Of a stretch of 64,000 nt of DNA, positions 1 to 9,270 are shown one piece after another (position 1 is the stretch's first letter; the number at the start of each line of letters is the position of its first letter). The stretch is from Gammaproteobacteria bacterium. Its GTDB lineage: Bacteria > Pseudomonadota > Gammaproteobacteria > Steroidobacterales > JABDLF01. The translations under genes and the position numbers were made by a program. Location: assembly GCA_041565075.1 (NCBI GenBank), contig JBFGOQ010000003.1, forward strand, positions 16,394-80,393, given 5' to 3'. Below the pieces are notes generated by a model. That model had not been told where the DNA came from. It saw only the letters and a program-made list of their open reading frames with translations, and ran no database searches.

Positions 1-1
1 C

Positions 2-739
2 GCGGGCAAGACTACCGCCCTCAAGGCAATCCTGGGGTTAACGCCGTTTCAGGGTGAGCTGCGGGTGCTCGGGCTGGACCCTTATCGCCAGCGGGCCGAC
101 CTGATGAAAGAAGTCTGTTTCATCGCAGACGTAGCAATATTACCGCGCTGGCTTAAAGTCCGTCAGGCCCTGGATTTCGTGGCTACGGTACACCCGCACT
201 TTCATCGTGAACGTGCAATGGAGTTTTTGTCGCGTACCGAGATCGGCCTGGAGAAAAAAGTTAAGCAACTCTCCAAAGGCATGGTGGTGCAATTGCATCT
301 GGCGCTGGTCATGGCCATCGATGCGCGTTTGCTGGTGCTGGACGAACCGACTCTCGGTCTCGATATTTTGTATCGCAAGAGTTTCTATGAGTCGCTGCTA
401 AACGATTATTTTGACGAAAAGCGCACGATCATAATTACCACCCACCAGGTCGAGGAAGTCGAACATATCCTGACCGACCTGATGTTTATCCAGCATGGCG
501 AAATCGTCCTGCATGCCACCATGGATGACGTGGCGGAGCAGTTTCACGAGGTCATGGTGAACGCTGACAAGCGCGACCAGGCACTGACACTGAAGCCGAT
601 TTACCAGCGAGAAGTATTCGGCAAACACCTCATGCTGTTCGAAGGCGTGGATCGCGAGAGGCTTGCGGATCTCGGCGAAATCAGAACCCCCAGTATTGCC
701 GACCTGTTCGTGGGCAAGATGAAGGAGGTGCGCCCATGA
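2..739 (+). CDS. ABC transporter ATP-binding protein (5' end cut by window edge)
   Basis: Reading from base 2 in the frame of ORF 65..739 gives AGKTTALKAILG (end of Walker A). Also present: LSKGM signature-like motif, LLVLDEPTLGLD Walker B and TTHQ H-loop. The stop overlaps the next start (ATGA at 736-739). Confidence 0.85.
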   Translation, partial: AGKTTALKAILGLTPFQGELRVLGLDPYRQRADLMKEVCFIADVAILPRWLKVRQALDFVATVHPHFHRERAMEFLSRTEIGLEKKVKQLSKGMVVQLHLALVMAIDARLLVLDEPTLGLDILYRKSFYESLLNDYFDEKRTIIITTHQVEEVEHILTDLMFIQHGEIVLHATMDDVAEQFHEVMVNADKRDQALTLKPIYQREVFGKHLMLFEGVDRERLADLGEIRTPSIADLFVGKMKEVRP

Positions 740-1656
740 AAACCTTCTTTGCCCTCATGAAGCGGGAAGTCTGGGAGCATCCCGCTTGCTATGTGGCGCC
801 GCTGGTAGTGGCGGCCCTGATTCTCGTCAGCGGCATTTACAACGCTTTTTATGCGGTCAGCAAATACCTCGGCTACGAGCGTGTTGTCGCCGTTCTGAGC
901 AGTGTGCCGGAAGTTGCGCGACCCGTTATGTATAGCTGGTGGCCGGCCCTGGTAATTGTATTTAACCTCGTTATGGTGTTTGTGCTCGGCTTTTACCTGA
1001 TGGACTGTCTGTACGCTGACCGCAAGGATCGCAGTATCTTGTTCTGGAAGTCGCTGCCCGTGCCGGATTCGACGACTGTGCTGTCGAAACTGGCGACTGC
1101 TTTGTTGACCATTCCCGGCATAACCTTTGTGGTAACCGTCCTGTCCTGCATCATTCTAATGCTGATGGGAACGATCATCATATGGCTGGGCGGCGGCAAT
1201 GCCTGGCCATTACTGTGGAAACCTATGCCGCTTTTCGATGGCACGGTTTTTCTGGGCTATTCTTTCCTGGTTCAATCGCTGTGGTATGTGCCGTTAGTCG
1301 GATGGGTGATGCTCGCTTCGGCCTGGTCGCGGCGTTCGCCTTTCATATGGGTGGTATTGCCGCCGATCGTTCTGGTAATCCTGGAGCAGACGCTGCTGCG
1401 CAGCAGCGAGCTCGCCGAGCTGCTGGGCGAGCGCCTGGTAGGGGTCTTTCCGCTCGCCTACCAGATGAATGACGCACAATGGGAAGCGATGAAGCGCAGT
1501 GTTGAGAGAGGCCAGGTGGACAGCGTTACTCGCATTACCGATGTGATTGATCCAACACCCTTGTTGAGCAGCAGCCAACTGTGGCTGGGTTTCGTGGTAG
1601 GCGGCCTGTTTGTCACCGCGGCAATCTGGCTACGCCGTTATCGTGACGAAACCTGA
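736..1656 (+). CDS. ABC-2 type transporter permease (multi-pass membrane protein)
   Basis: 306 aa with about 6-7 long hydrophobic segments. Translationally coupled to the upstream ABC ATPase by a 4-nt overlap. No specific substrate signature recognised. Confidence 0.65.
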   Translation: MKTFFALMKREVWEHPACYVAPLVVAALILVSGIYNAFYAVSKYLGYERVVAVLSSVPEVARPVMYSWWPALVIVFNLVMVFVLGFYLMDCLYADRKDRSILFWKSLPVPDSTTVLSKLATALLTIPGITFVVTVLSCIILMLMGTIIIWLGGGNAWPLLWKPMPLFDGTVFLGYSFLVQSLWYVPLVGWVMLASAWSRRSPFIWVVLPPIVLVILEQTLLRSSELAELLGERLVGVFPLAYQMNDAQWEAMKRSVERGQVDSVTRITDVIDPTPLLSSSQLWLGFVVGGLFVTAAIWLRRYRDET

Positions 1657-1668
1657 GGTGTCAGACCC

Positions 1669-3651
1669 TTAGCCCTGCAACAAGATTTCCTCGCCGCGCT
1701 CCAGATCTTCAGGCGTTCCATACAGCACCAGGACATCGCCAACGAGCAGGATGGTTTCCGGCACCGGCTGATGGCCAACAATCCCTTCTCTGCGTAGCGC
1801 AGTTACCAGCACATCGGCCTTTTCAAGGCCCATATCTCCGAGCGTCCTGTTCACGGCATGCGCACCCGGTGGCAGCACTATTGTGTGAAGTTGTTCGCGC
1901 AGCGCGTGACTGAAATCGATAGGGCGGGCAAATTCCTTACGGAAAATCTGGCGCAGAGAGCTATACCGGCGCTCGCGTACTTCCTGGATTTTTTCAACCA
2001 CACGATTTGCCGGTATGTTCAGCAACAGGAGCAGGTTGGACATCACCATAAGGCTGGCTTCGAGGCTCTCGGGAACAACTTCGGTGGCACCGGCTTCGAG
2101 ATAGGCATTGAGGTGCGTGTCGTCTCTGGTGCGCACCAGGATCGGCAGAAGTGGCCGGCCTGCGCGCAGCACTTTCAGTGTGCGCATAACTTGCTTGTAT
2201 TCATGAAAGGTAATGACTGCGGCGGTTGCGTGATACACGCCAGCGGCACGCAACATGTCGGGCCTGGTGGCGCTGCCATAAATGACCGGATCACCCGCCT
2301 CGCGAGCCGCACGCACGCGGAATGGATCGAGATCGAGCGCCACGAATTCGATATTCTCTTCCTCCAGAGCGCGCGCGATATTCTGGCCCACGCGCCCATA
2401 ACCACAGATGATCACGTGCTCGTGCGCGGCCACCTGGGACGTCCCCGGATCGAGTTGTTCGATGCTCGGTATGGCCGCGTCGGGTGGCGTCCTGGAGAGC
2501 GCGGATGCGATGGCCCGGTTGTACTTGATGATCAGCGGGGTCAGAGCCATGCTGATAACCAGGCTGGCAAGAACGGTTTGAGCGACCGGCGGTGAGAGTA
2601 ATTCGCGCTGCAGGCCCAGGGTGACAAGCGCGATGCCGAATTCTCCCCCCTGGGCGAGCACAAGGCCTGTGCGCCAGGCACTGCCAGCCGCCAGGCCGCT
2701 CAGGCGGGCGAGCAAGCTGATGATCAGCGCCTTCGCTGCGACCAGGCCGAGAACCAGCAATGAGATAGCGACAAAATTAGCCGCCAGCACCTGCCAGTCA
2801 ATGAGCATGCCGACGGTGATGAAAAACAGCCCGAGCAGCAGATCCCGAAATGGCCGGATATCGCCTTCGACCTGGTGACGGTATTCGGTCTCACCAAGCA
2901 GCATGCCGGCAAGAAATCCACCGAGTGCGTAAGAAAGCCCGACCGCATGAGTGACCCAGGCGGCGGCCAGGGCGATCAGCAGGGCGGCCATGGTGAATAG
3001 TTCGCCCGGCCCGCTGCGCGCGATCTCATGAAACAAAGGACGCATCAGGTAGCGGCCGGCGAGCAAAACTACCGCCACCGCCGCAAAGCCCTGGCCAACG
3101 GCCAGGAGTACGCGTGTTGTCGTAACCACATCCGTACTGCCCGCCATAATCGGAAGCAGCACAAGGAAAGGCACTACCGCAATGTCCTGGAACAGGAGTA
3201 CGCCGATTGCGGTATTACCGTGTGGCTGATTGATGTCGCCATGTCCGGCCATTTCGCGAATGACCACCGCCGTGGATGACATGGCAGCCGTGCCACCAAG
3301 CAGCAAGGCGATTTCCGGCGACAGCCCGACCGCAATCGCGATAGCTCCGGCGATCAAAGTCGTCACCAATACCTGTGCGCCACCAAGACCCAGGACCTGA
3401 CGACGCATCGCCATTAAACGCGGGAAAGAGAATTCCAGGCCAAGGGTGAACAGCAAAAAGACGACGCCGAACTCGGCCAGAAACCGCGTTTCCTGGCTGT
3501 CATCCACCAAGCCGAGCAGGTGCGGGCCGAGCACGAAGCCTACGGCGAAATAGCCCAGCACCGGCGGAAATCCAATACGGCGGAACAGAGCGACCGCCAG
3601 CACTGAGGTGCCAAGGAGAATCAGAATCTGTGCCAGAACGTTATATAGCAT
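1669..3651 (-). CDS. CPA2-family monovalent cation:proton antiporter (Kef-type) with RCK/TrkA-N and TrkA-C domains
   Basis: 660 aa. The N-terminal ~380 aa are highly hydrophobic (Na+/H+ exchanger-like). This is followed by the Rossmann motif VIICGYGRVGQNIARAL and a C-terminal TrkA-C-like segment (VGDVLVLYGTPEDLE). Confidence 0.85.
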   Translation of the reverse strand: MLYNVLAQILILLGTSVLAVALFRRIGFPPVLGYFAVGFVLGPHLLGLVDDSQETRFLAEFGVVFLLFTLGLEFSFPRLMAMRRQVLGLGGAQVLVTTLIAGAIAIAVGLSPEIALLLGGTAAMSSTAVVIREMAGHGDINQPHGNTAIGVLLFQDIAVVPFLVLLPIMAGSTDVVTTTRVLLAVGQGFAAVAVVLLAGRYLMRPLFHEIARSGPGELFTMAALLIALAAAWVTHAVGLSYALGGFLAGMLLGETEYRHQVEGDIRPFRDLLLGLFFITVGMLIDWQVLAANFVAISLLVLGLVAAKALIISLLARLSGLAAGSAWRTGLVLAQGGEFGIALVTLGLQRELLSPPVAQTVLASLVISMALTPLIIKYNRAIASALSRTPPDAAIPSIEQLDPGTSQVAAHEHVIICGYGRVGQNIARALEEENIEFVALDLDPFRVRAAREAGDPVIYGSATRPDMLRAAGVYHATAAVITFHEYKQVMRTLKVLRAGRPLLPILVRTRDDTHLNAYLEAGATEVVPESLEASLMVMSNLLLLLNIPANRVVEKIQEVRERRYSSLRQIFRKEFARPIDFSHALREQLHTIVLPPGAHAVNRTLGDMGLEKADVLVTALRREGIVGHQPVPETILLVGDVLVLYGTPEDLERGEEILLQG

Positions 3652-3696
3652 GGGTTTGCGCCTGTGCTCAGCATATCATTTGGCCCGCAAAGCGAC

Positions 3697-3726
3697 CTTG
3701 AATCATAGTCCCGACGGCCCAATTAT
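3697..3726 (+). promoter_or_regulatory. Possible sigma32-type heat-shock promoter upstream of cbpA
   Basis: CTTGAA (3697-3702), 15 nt spacer, then CCCAATTAT (3718-3726), compared with the remembered consensus CTTGAA-N13-17-CCCCATNT. It lies about 75 nt upstream of the cbpA ATG. Pattern match only. Confidence 0.25.
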
Positions 3727-3799
3727 TTACTGGACAGGCAGGGATTGCTGCCAAAAAAGTGACGGGACACCTTAGAAATGATTGCGAGCCACAGATTCG

Positions 3800-4705
3800 A
3801 TGAAATACAAGGATTACTACAAGACACTTGAGGTAAGCCGCGCAGCGTCAAAGGACGAGATCAAAAAGGCGTACCGTCGGCTCGCGCGCAAGTTTCATCC
3901 GGACGTTTCCACGGAGACGAATGCCGAGGAACGCTTCAAGGACATCGGTGAGGCCTACGAGGTTTTGCGAGACCCGGAAAAACGCCGCATTTATGACCAG
4001 CTGGGCACCTATCAACCGGGGCAGGAATTTCGCCCCCCACCGGATTGGGCGCAGCAATTCGGGCAAGGCCAGGGATTCTCGGGATTCGAAAGTGTGGACC
4101 TTGGCGACCTGTTCGAAAACCTGTTTGGCATGAGCGGCGCGGCAGGTGCTCGACGGACCGGATTTGCATCGGGCGGCGCGGATTTTCGGTCAGAAATCAT
4201 GGTCAGCCTGGATGAGGCGGCGCGCGGCGTGGAAAAGTCCCTGCGCCTGGCAGGCGAGGCCGCAACCGAAATCAAGGTCAGAATACCCAAAGGTGTTTCG
4301 GATGGACAAACGCTGCGCGTTCGCGGCAAGGGTGGCAGCGCTGTGCAGGGTGGTCGCGCAGGGGACCTGTACCTGACAGTGAAACTTAAGCCACATAAGA
4401 ACTTTCGCGTAAGCGGGCACGATCTTCTGCTGGACCTGCCGGTCGCTCCCTGGGAGGCCGCGCTTGGGGCGCAGGCAGAAATTCCCACGCTTGATGGAAA
4501 AATTCGCCTGAACATCGAGCCAGGTTCCCAGTCCGGCAAAAAGCTCAGGCTCAAGGGCAAAGGACTGCCGCGTCCCGGGGGTGGCGCGGGAGACCTGATT
4601 GCAAACATACAGATTGCGGTACCCGACAAACTCGATAGTGACGAGCGCGCTCTGTTCGAAAAGTTGCGCGAGCATTCGCGCTTTAACCCGCGCAAGAAAC
4701 TCTGA
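3800..4705 (+). CDS. cbpA: Curved-DNA-binding DnaJ-like co-chaperone CbpA
   Basis: J-domain MKYKDYYKTLEVSRAASKDEIKKAYRRLARKFHPD with the HPD motif. There is no zinc-finger Cys repeats. C-terminal region (GDLYLTVKLKPH, SPWEAALGA, GSQSGKKLRLKGKG) is colinear with E. coli CbpA as remembered. ATG at 3800 is preferred over the TTG at 3782. Confidence 0.85.
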   Translation: MKYKDYYKTLEVSRAASKDEIKKAYRRLARKFHPDVSTETNAEERFKDIGEAYEVLRDPEKRRIYDQLGTYQPGQEFRPPPDWAQQFGQGQGFSGFESVDLGDLFENLFGMSGAAGARRTGFASGGADFRSEIMVSLDEAARGVEKSLRLAGEAATEIKVRIPKGVSDGQTLRVRGKGGSAVQGGRAGDLYLTVKLKPHKNFRVSGHDLLLDLPVAPWEAALGAQAEIPTLDGKIRLNIEPGSQSGKKLRLKGKGLPRPGGGAGDLIANIQIAVPDKLDSDERALFEKLREHSRFNPRKKL

Positions 4706-4742
4706 CCCTTCCTGCGGCCGGCAGGACCGCACGACCGGTATC

Positions 4743-6728
4743 TTATGCGGGGGCTGGGGAAGCCGGCACCAGCGGCGGCAGAGGGCAGTGAAGCATGGCG
4801 CAGATCGCGCGCAGCACTTCAGCCTCGCCCACGGTTATCTGGCCATCGTGCATGATGGTTTCGACCAGGCCCTTCAAAAGCTCGGCCTTGTCCCTGACCG
4901 TGAGCGTGTCCAGCTCCTGCAACGCCGGCTCGAGGCCACCCGCCGCCGCCGGTGAGTAGGCGGCGAATCGCCCGGCATCAAGGGCACCTTCAATGGTTGG
5001 ATCTGCCTTGCCAAGACTGCGTACGCCGCGCACGTAAGCCTCACGGGCTTCGCCTTCGGATGTATGCCCGGTGCCGGCAACAATGGAAAAAACCGTCTGA
5101 ATCGGCACATGTAGCTGAGCAAGCCGCGCGTTGCCCTTGCCAGCGGCAGCAGGCGACTGGGCATCACGCAAATGCGTTCTGAGTACCCCGGTTAGTGTGA
5201 ACTCAAAAGTATCTATTAACCCGTCGACCTGCATAAGCTCCTCGCAAAGATCTGATACTGCATGGATATCTTCTATGGGGCGCTGCTTGATTACGGGGAA
5301 TACGATTTCAAGCAAAGGCAGGCGATGTTCAAAGCCAAGCTGTCTGACTTGCTGGAACCACTGTTCGGCGACGCTGGCGGCGCCCTGGCCCAGTCGCGCA
5401 TCGATCAATGTCAGTTGCCGGTTGCGGACTTCCTCGCGCTTGTCCAGCAGCAAGGCAGCCGTTAACAACACTACCTGCGCCGGATTGTGTGCGCCTTCCA
5501 GCAAGGCGGGCGGTATTGCAGCACGCAGCAGGGCGGCCTGCATCACATGCTCGAGGCCCGGGTTGCCGACAATATCCGTGATCGCGTCGGGCGTGACCGC
5601 GATCATGCCCGGGAACCAGCCACGCTGCGCCTCCGGCTCCGGTTGAGCCGGTTCCCTCTCCGTATATTCGCGAGCTCTCGCTGCATACATTTCCGCGGCG
5701 AGACGCTCGAGATCCTCGGACTTAAAAGCCGGATCCAGCGCCCGGATACGGTCGGCAAGTGGCGGGTGCGTCGCCCACAAGGAGGCCAGTTTGCTGCCCG
5801 TGGCGAATAGCATGTGACTGACTTCTTCCGATTCCGTCTCCTTGAGAATCGAGCCCTGGCTCATGGCACCAATCTTTTTCAGCGCACCGGCTATGCCATC
5901 AGTCTGGCGCGTGAATTGCACGGCCGAAGCATCGGCGAGGTATTCGCGTTGCCGGCTTACACCCGCCTTGATCAGGCGCCCGAAAAAGACGCCAATGTAA
6001 CCGACGACGAACAAGGTCAATCCCATAGCCATGATACCGGCGACGGCAGCCCCGCCTTTCTCGCTGCGCGAACCGACTCTGACGTGCCGGGTGGCACGCA
6101 ACACGGTGCGCCCGATGATGCCAAGCGCCAGGATTCCAAAAACCACACCGATCAGACGCATGTTCAGACGCATGTCACCATTGAGGATATGGCTGAACTC
6201 GTGGGCGATTACACCCTGCAGTTCGTCACGAGTGAGGGTTTCCAATGCTCCGCGCGTCACCGCAACCACGGCGTCGGAGGTGTTGAACCCGGCAGCGAAA
6301 GCGTTGATGCCGGCTTCTTTCTCAAGTACGAAGACTTCCGGCACCGGCACACCCGAGGCAATAGCAATTTCCTCGACCACGTTATGCAGACGCTTGCGCA
6401 GAGGATCCCGGGTGTCTGCCGTAACCGGCACGCCGCCGAGCTTGCGGGCAACGGTGCCGCCGCCGGCGCTCAACGATGCGATCCGGTAAGCGCTGGACAG
6501 CCCGATAAACGATAAAGTGCCGAGGCTGGTTGCCGTAAACAGCCCGGCATTGTCCGCCACCCACGCACCGGTAAACGCTGCGGATGAAGCATCATTAGCG
6601 ACCACGCCAAATATGACCCCCGCGGCGACATCCACCGCCAGTACGATGCCGACAGTCGCCAGCAGGAACAGCAGTATCAGATACCGGGTATTTCGACGAG
6701 CCGCATCCTGATGCTCAAAAAAGTCCAT
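4743..6728 (-). CDS. M48-family zinc metallopeptidase (HtpX-like) with long C-terminal extension ending in a TerB-like module
   Basis: HEFSHI (HExxH) motif. N-terminal and internal TM helices are typical of HtpX/M48. The C-terminus LKGLVETIMHDGQITVGEAEVLRAICAMLHCP resembles the TerB/DjlA-N 'ADG-x-E' pattern. Sits directly downstream of lemA (17-nt gap). Confidence 0.8.
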   Translation of the reverse strand: MDFFEHQDAARRNTRYLILLFLLATVGIVLAVDVAAGVIFGVVANDASSAAFTGAWVADNAGLFTATSLGTLSFIGLSSAYRIASLSAGGGTVARKLGGVPVTADTRDPLRKRLHNVVEEIAIASGVPVPEVFVLEKEAGINAFAAGFNTSDAVVAVTRGALETLTRDELQGVIAHEFSHILNGDMRLNMRLIGVVFGILALGIIGRTVLRATRHVRVGSRSEKGGAAVAGIMAMGLTLFVVGYIGVFFGRLIKAGVSRQREYLADASAVQFTRQTDGIAGALKKIGAMSQGSILKETESEEVSHMLFATGSKLASLWATHPPLADRIRALDPAFKSEDLERLAAEMYAARAREYTEREPAQPEPEAQRGWFPGMIAVTPDAITDIVGNPGLEHVMQAALLRAAIPPALLEGAHNPAQVVLLTAALLLDKREEVRNRQLTLIDARLGQGAASVAEQWFQQVRQLGFEHRLPLLEIVFPVIKQRPIEDIHAVSDLCEELMQVDGLIDTFEFTLTGVLRTHLRDAQSPAAAGKGNARLAQLHVPIQTVFSIVAGTGHTSEGEAREAYVRGVRSLGKADPTIEGALDAGRFAAYSPAAAGGLEPALQELDTLTVRDKAELLKGLVETIMHDGQITVGEAEVLRAICAMLHCPLPPLVPASPAPA

Positions 6729-6745
6729 GCGCCGCAGAGGCCGAC

Positions 6746-7336
6746 TCAGCTAAACGAGACCTTTGGCACCTCGCGTTTTTCCGGTGACTCAATTTCAAGA
6801 AACTCAGCCTGTTCAAAGTTGAACATGCCGGCAACAATCGAGCTGGGGAACGACTCCACGGCGTTGTTGAAATTCATAACTGAGTCGTTGAAGGCCTGGC
6901 GCGCAAATGCGACCTTATTCTCGGTGGTAGAAAGCTCTTCCTGGAACTGCATCATGTTCTCGTTGGCCTTCAGGTCGGGATAGGCTTCGGCCAGGGCAAA
7001 CAGCCGACCGAGTGCGCCACTCAATTGACTTTCTGCTCCGGACAGGGTTTTCATGGCCTCAGGATCTGTCGGATCTTTCGCCGCCGCCTTGAGTCCGGTA
7101 ACGGCAGCATTACGTGCGTTGATTACGTCTTCGAGAGTGCCGCGTTCATGGGCCATGTAGCCTTTCACAGCTTCTACCAGATTCGGGATCAGGTCATGAC
7201 GGCGCGTTAATTGCACGTCAATCTGCGAAAATGCATTTTTTACTCTGTTCCGTAATGCAACCAGGCGGTTGTACAGGGTTATACCAAAGACAACGATGGC
7301 CGCAATGATGGCCAGGATTATCAACAGACTATTCAT
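6746..7336 (-). CDS. lemA: LemA family membrane protein
   Basis: Single N-terminal TM helix (MNSLLIILAIIAAIVVFGITLY) followed by the LemA-type sequence YNRLVALRNRVKNAFSQIDVQLTRRHDLIPNLVE. GGGGAGA Shine-Dalgarno lies 6 nt before the ATG at 7336. The longer ORF to 7426 is an Arg-rich extension and is rejected. Confidence 0.8.
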   Translation of the reverse strand: MNSLLIILAIIAAIVVFGITLYNRLVALRNRVKNAFSQIDVQLTRRHDLIPNLVEAVKGYMAHERGTLEDVINARNAAVTGLKAAAKDPTDPEAMKTLSGAESQLSGALGRLFALAEAYPDLKANENMMQFQEELSTTENKVAFARQAFNDSVMNFNNAVESFPSSIVAGMFNFEQAEFLEIESPEKREVPKVSFS

Positions 7337-7463
7337 CAGAAATCTCCCCCGGCGGCGCCTGAGTCGGGCCGCGCTCAAGAACCGCAAGGATACGCCGGGC
7401 ACGCATGCGATGCCAAACGCGGGCATCGAATGTTTTCATGTCAGCCGGGGCTTGCATTAGAAT

Positions 7464-8423
7464 GTGCTGATGTCTGGCAGTAAACATATCCTTGCTTCGG
7501 CGCTGGTTTTGTCGTCATTCCTGACGAGCCTGCTGCCGGCCAGCGCTGACAACCAGGAGGTCAGCGCATTCTGCCAGCGCGTGGACCGCAAGTTGTCGTC
7601 CGTCGGCCAACGCGAATGCCTGAGCCTGGGTCTGCAACTCAGTGGTGCGTACTCCAACCAGGACACCCCCTTGCTGTATCGGGATTATGGTCCAAGCGAT
7701 GATTCACGCCGCGCCCGTGTGCTGCTCATTGGCGGTATTCATGGTGACGAATACAGTTCCGTAAGTGTAGTTTTCAAGTGGCTCAGGCGTCTTGAACGCG
7801 AACAGCATGGGCAATTTCACTGGCGAGTCGTTCCCGTACTGAATCCTGATGGTTTGCTGCGGCCCCCTCGCATGTCACAGCGTATGAACGCCAACGGCGT
7901 CGATCTGAATCGCAATTTTCCGAGTCCGGGATGGGACACCGAAGCGCCGCGTTACTGGCAGGAACGCACCCGTCGTAACAAGCGTCGATATCCGGGTCCG
8001 GCGGCACTCAGTGAACCCGAAAGCCGCTGGCTGGTCGAGCAGCTTGATAGCTTCCAGCCGGATGCGGTGATTTCAGTGCATGCGCCGCATGGCATCGTCG
8101 ACTTCGACGGCCCGCGTGTTCCTCCCACGCATCTGGGTCCGCTCGATCTGCGATTGCTGGGTACCTACCCGGGATCCATGGGGCGTTACATAGGCGTACA
8201 CCGCGGCATTCCGCTCCTGACAGTGGAATTGGAGAGTGCTTTTGCGATGCCGCCCGGTAATGACATGGCACTTATCTGGGAGGACACCCTGGCCTGGATC
8301 GAGCAACATGTTGTGGAGCCGAGGTTGGCCGCCGAGGCGCGCAAGCGCGAACACGCGCTCGCTCTGGAGGCGGAGGAGCAAGCAAATGAGACGGCGGGCA
8401 GGGGGCTGGGGCTACAACAGTAG
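7464..8423 (+). CDS. Secreted M14-family zinc carboxypeptidase (murein peptide amidase MpaA-like)
   Basis: Signal-peptide-like N-terminus (ILASALVLSSFLTSLLPASA). GGIHGDEYSS contains the HxxE zinc ligands. NANGVDLNRNFP is the typical M14 NRNF motif. A later His lies in SVHAPHG. Confidence 0.7.
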   Translation: MLMSGSKHILASALVLSSFLTSLLPASADNQEVSAFCQRVDRKLSSVGQRECLSLGLQLSGAYSNQDTPLLYRDYGPSDDSRRARVLLIGGIHGDEYSSVSVVFKWLRRLEREQHGQFHWRVVPVLNPDGLLRPPRMSQRMNANGVDLNRNFPSPGWDTEAPRYWQERTRRNKRRYPGPAALSEPESRWLVEQLDSFQPDAVISVHAPHGIVDFDGPRVPPTHLGPLDLRLLGTYPGSMGRYIGVHRGIPLLTVELESAFAMPPGNDMALIWEDTLAWIEQHVVEPRLAAEARKREHALALEAEEQANETAGRGLGLQQ

Positions 8424-8433
8424 CGCCCGAGTC

Positions 8434-9099
8434 TCAGAGACTTCCCCAGCTGGAACTTTTGCGCCAGCGTAACCGGGGAATCAGCAGTCCCAGCAGCAAG
8501 CCGCCAAAGGCCACGCCCGCCCCAGTCATAAACCAGCGCCTGGTGGTGTCGCGCCGCAACTGATCGGCTTCCGCATTCATCTTGTCGAGCTGCTGCCGGA
8601 TGTCGGTAATCTCCTGACTCAGCGCCTTGTTGTTTTCATTGACAGCGAGCACGTTGGAAGCTGCCTTGCGGATTTCTGCGAGTTCGCGGCTGGCCTGGCG
8701 AAATCGACCCTCCATATCTGCAAGCTGGCTCTTCAGGCTCGCGTTTTCCGCCCGTACCCCATCAAGTTCGGTTTCGCGCTGCCGTTGTTCCTCACGCAGG
8801 GTTGCCGCCTGTACGCGCAATGCCGCCAGCTGCTGACGCGCGGCCGGCTCGGTCATAAGAAAACGAGTCAGCACCCAGCCTTCAGTGCCATCGCGGGTCC
8901 GTACCTTGCTGTAACCGCTGTCCGGGTTGGTTTCCAGCAATTCGACCCGATCACCGCTGGCGAGCATGCGAATGATCGAATTTCGGGTACTTTCACCGGT
9001 GCGCATGGTAATTTCGAGCTGATCCTGCACATAGCGGGACTCAGCATAAGAAGATGTTGCAAACAGCAGCAACGCGAGGCCTGTCAGAATGTGTTTCAT
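8434..9099 (-). CDS. ygiM: SH3-domain envelope protein, YgiM/TIGR04211-like (signal peptide, SH3, coiled coil, C-terminal TM)
   Basis: From the ATG at 9099: MKHILTGLALLLFATSSYAESRYVQDQLEITMRTGES, then a coiled coil, then RRWFMTGAGVAFGGLLLGLLIPRL. This is colinear with E. coli YgiM as remembered. The 452-aa ORF to 9792 is a spurious upstream extension. Confidence 0.8.
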   Translation of the reverse strand: MKHILTGLALLLFATSSYAESRYVQDQLEITMRTGESTRNSIIRMLASGDRVELLETNPDSGYSKVRTRDGTEGWVLTRFLMTEPAARQQLAALRVQAATLREEQRQRETELDGVRAENASLKSQLADMEGRFRQASRELAEIRKAASNVLAVNENNKALSQEITDIRQQLDKMNAEADQLRRDTTRRWFMTGAGVAFGGLLLGLLIPRLRWRKSSSWGSL

Positions 9100-9270
9100 G
9101 CGGTGTTGGCGATCCGTGAAGCCGAAACGGCCGGCTATTATAGCGGCGCGAATTTTTGCCACCAGCCCCCTCCGGATTTGCAAGTTTCCGGCAGATGCGA
9201 CACAAATGGGCACTGGCTGCGGCGGGTCTCGGGATATCCGCCGCAGTTTAAAGGACAACAGGAGAAGTAC

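Noticed and set aside
4012-4732. 227-aa and 180-aa minus-strand ORFs opposite cbpA
   Set aside because: They are antisense to a canonical J-domain protein and have no supporting features.
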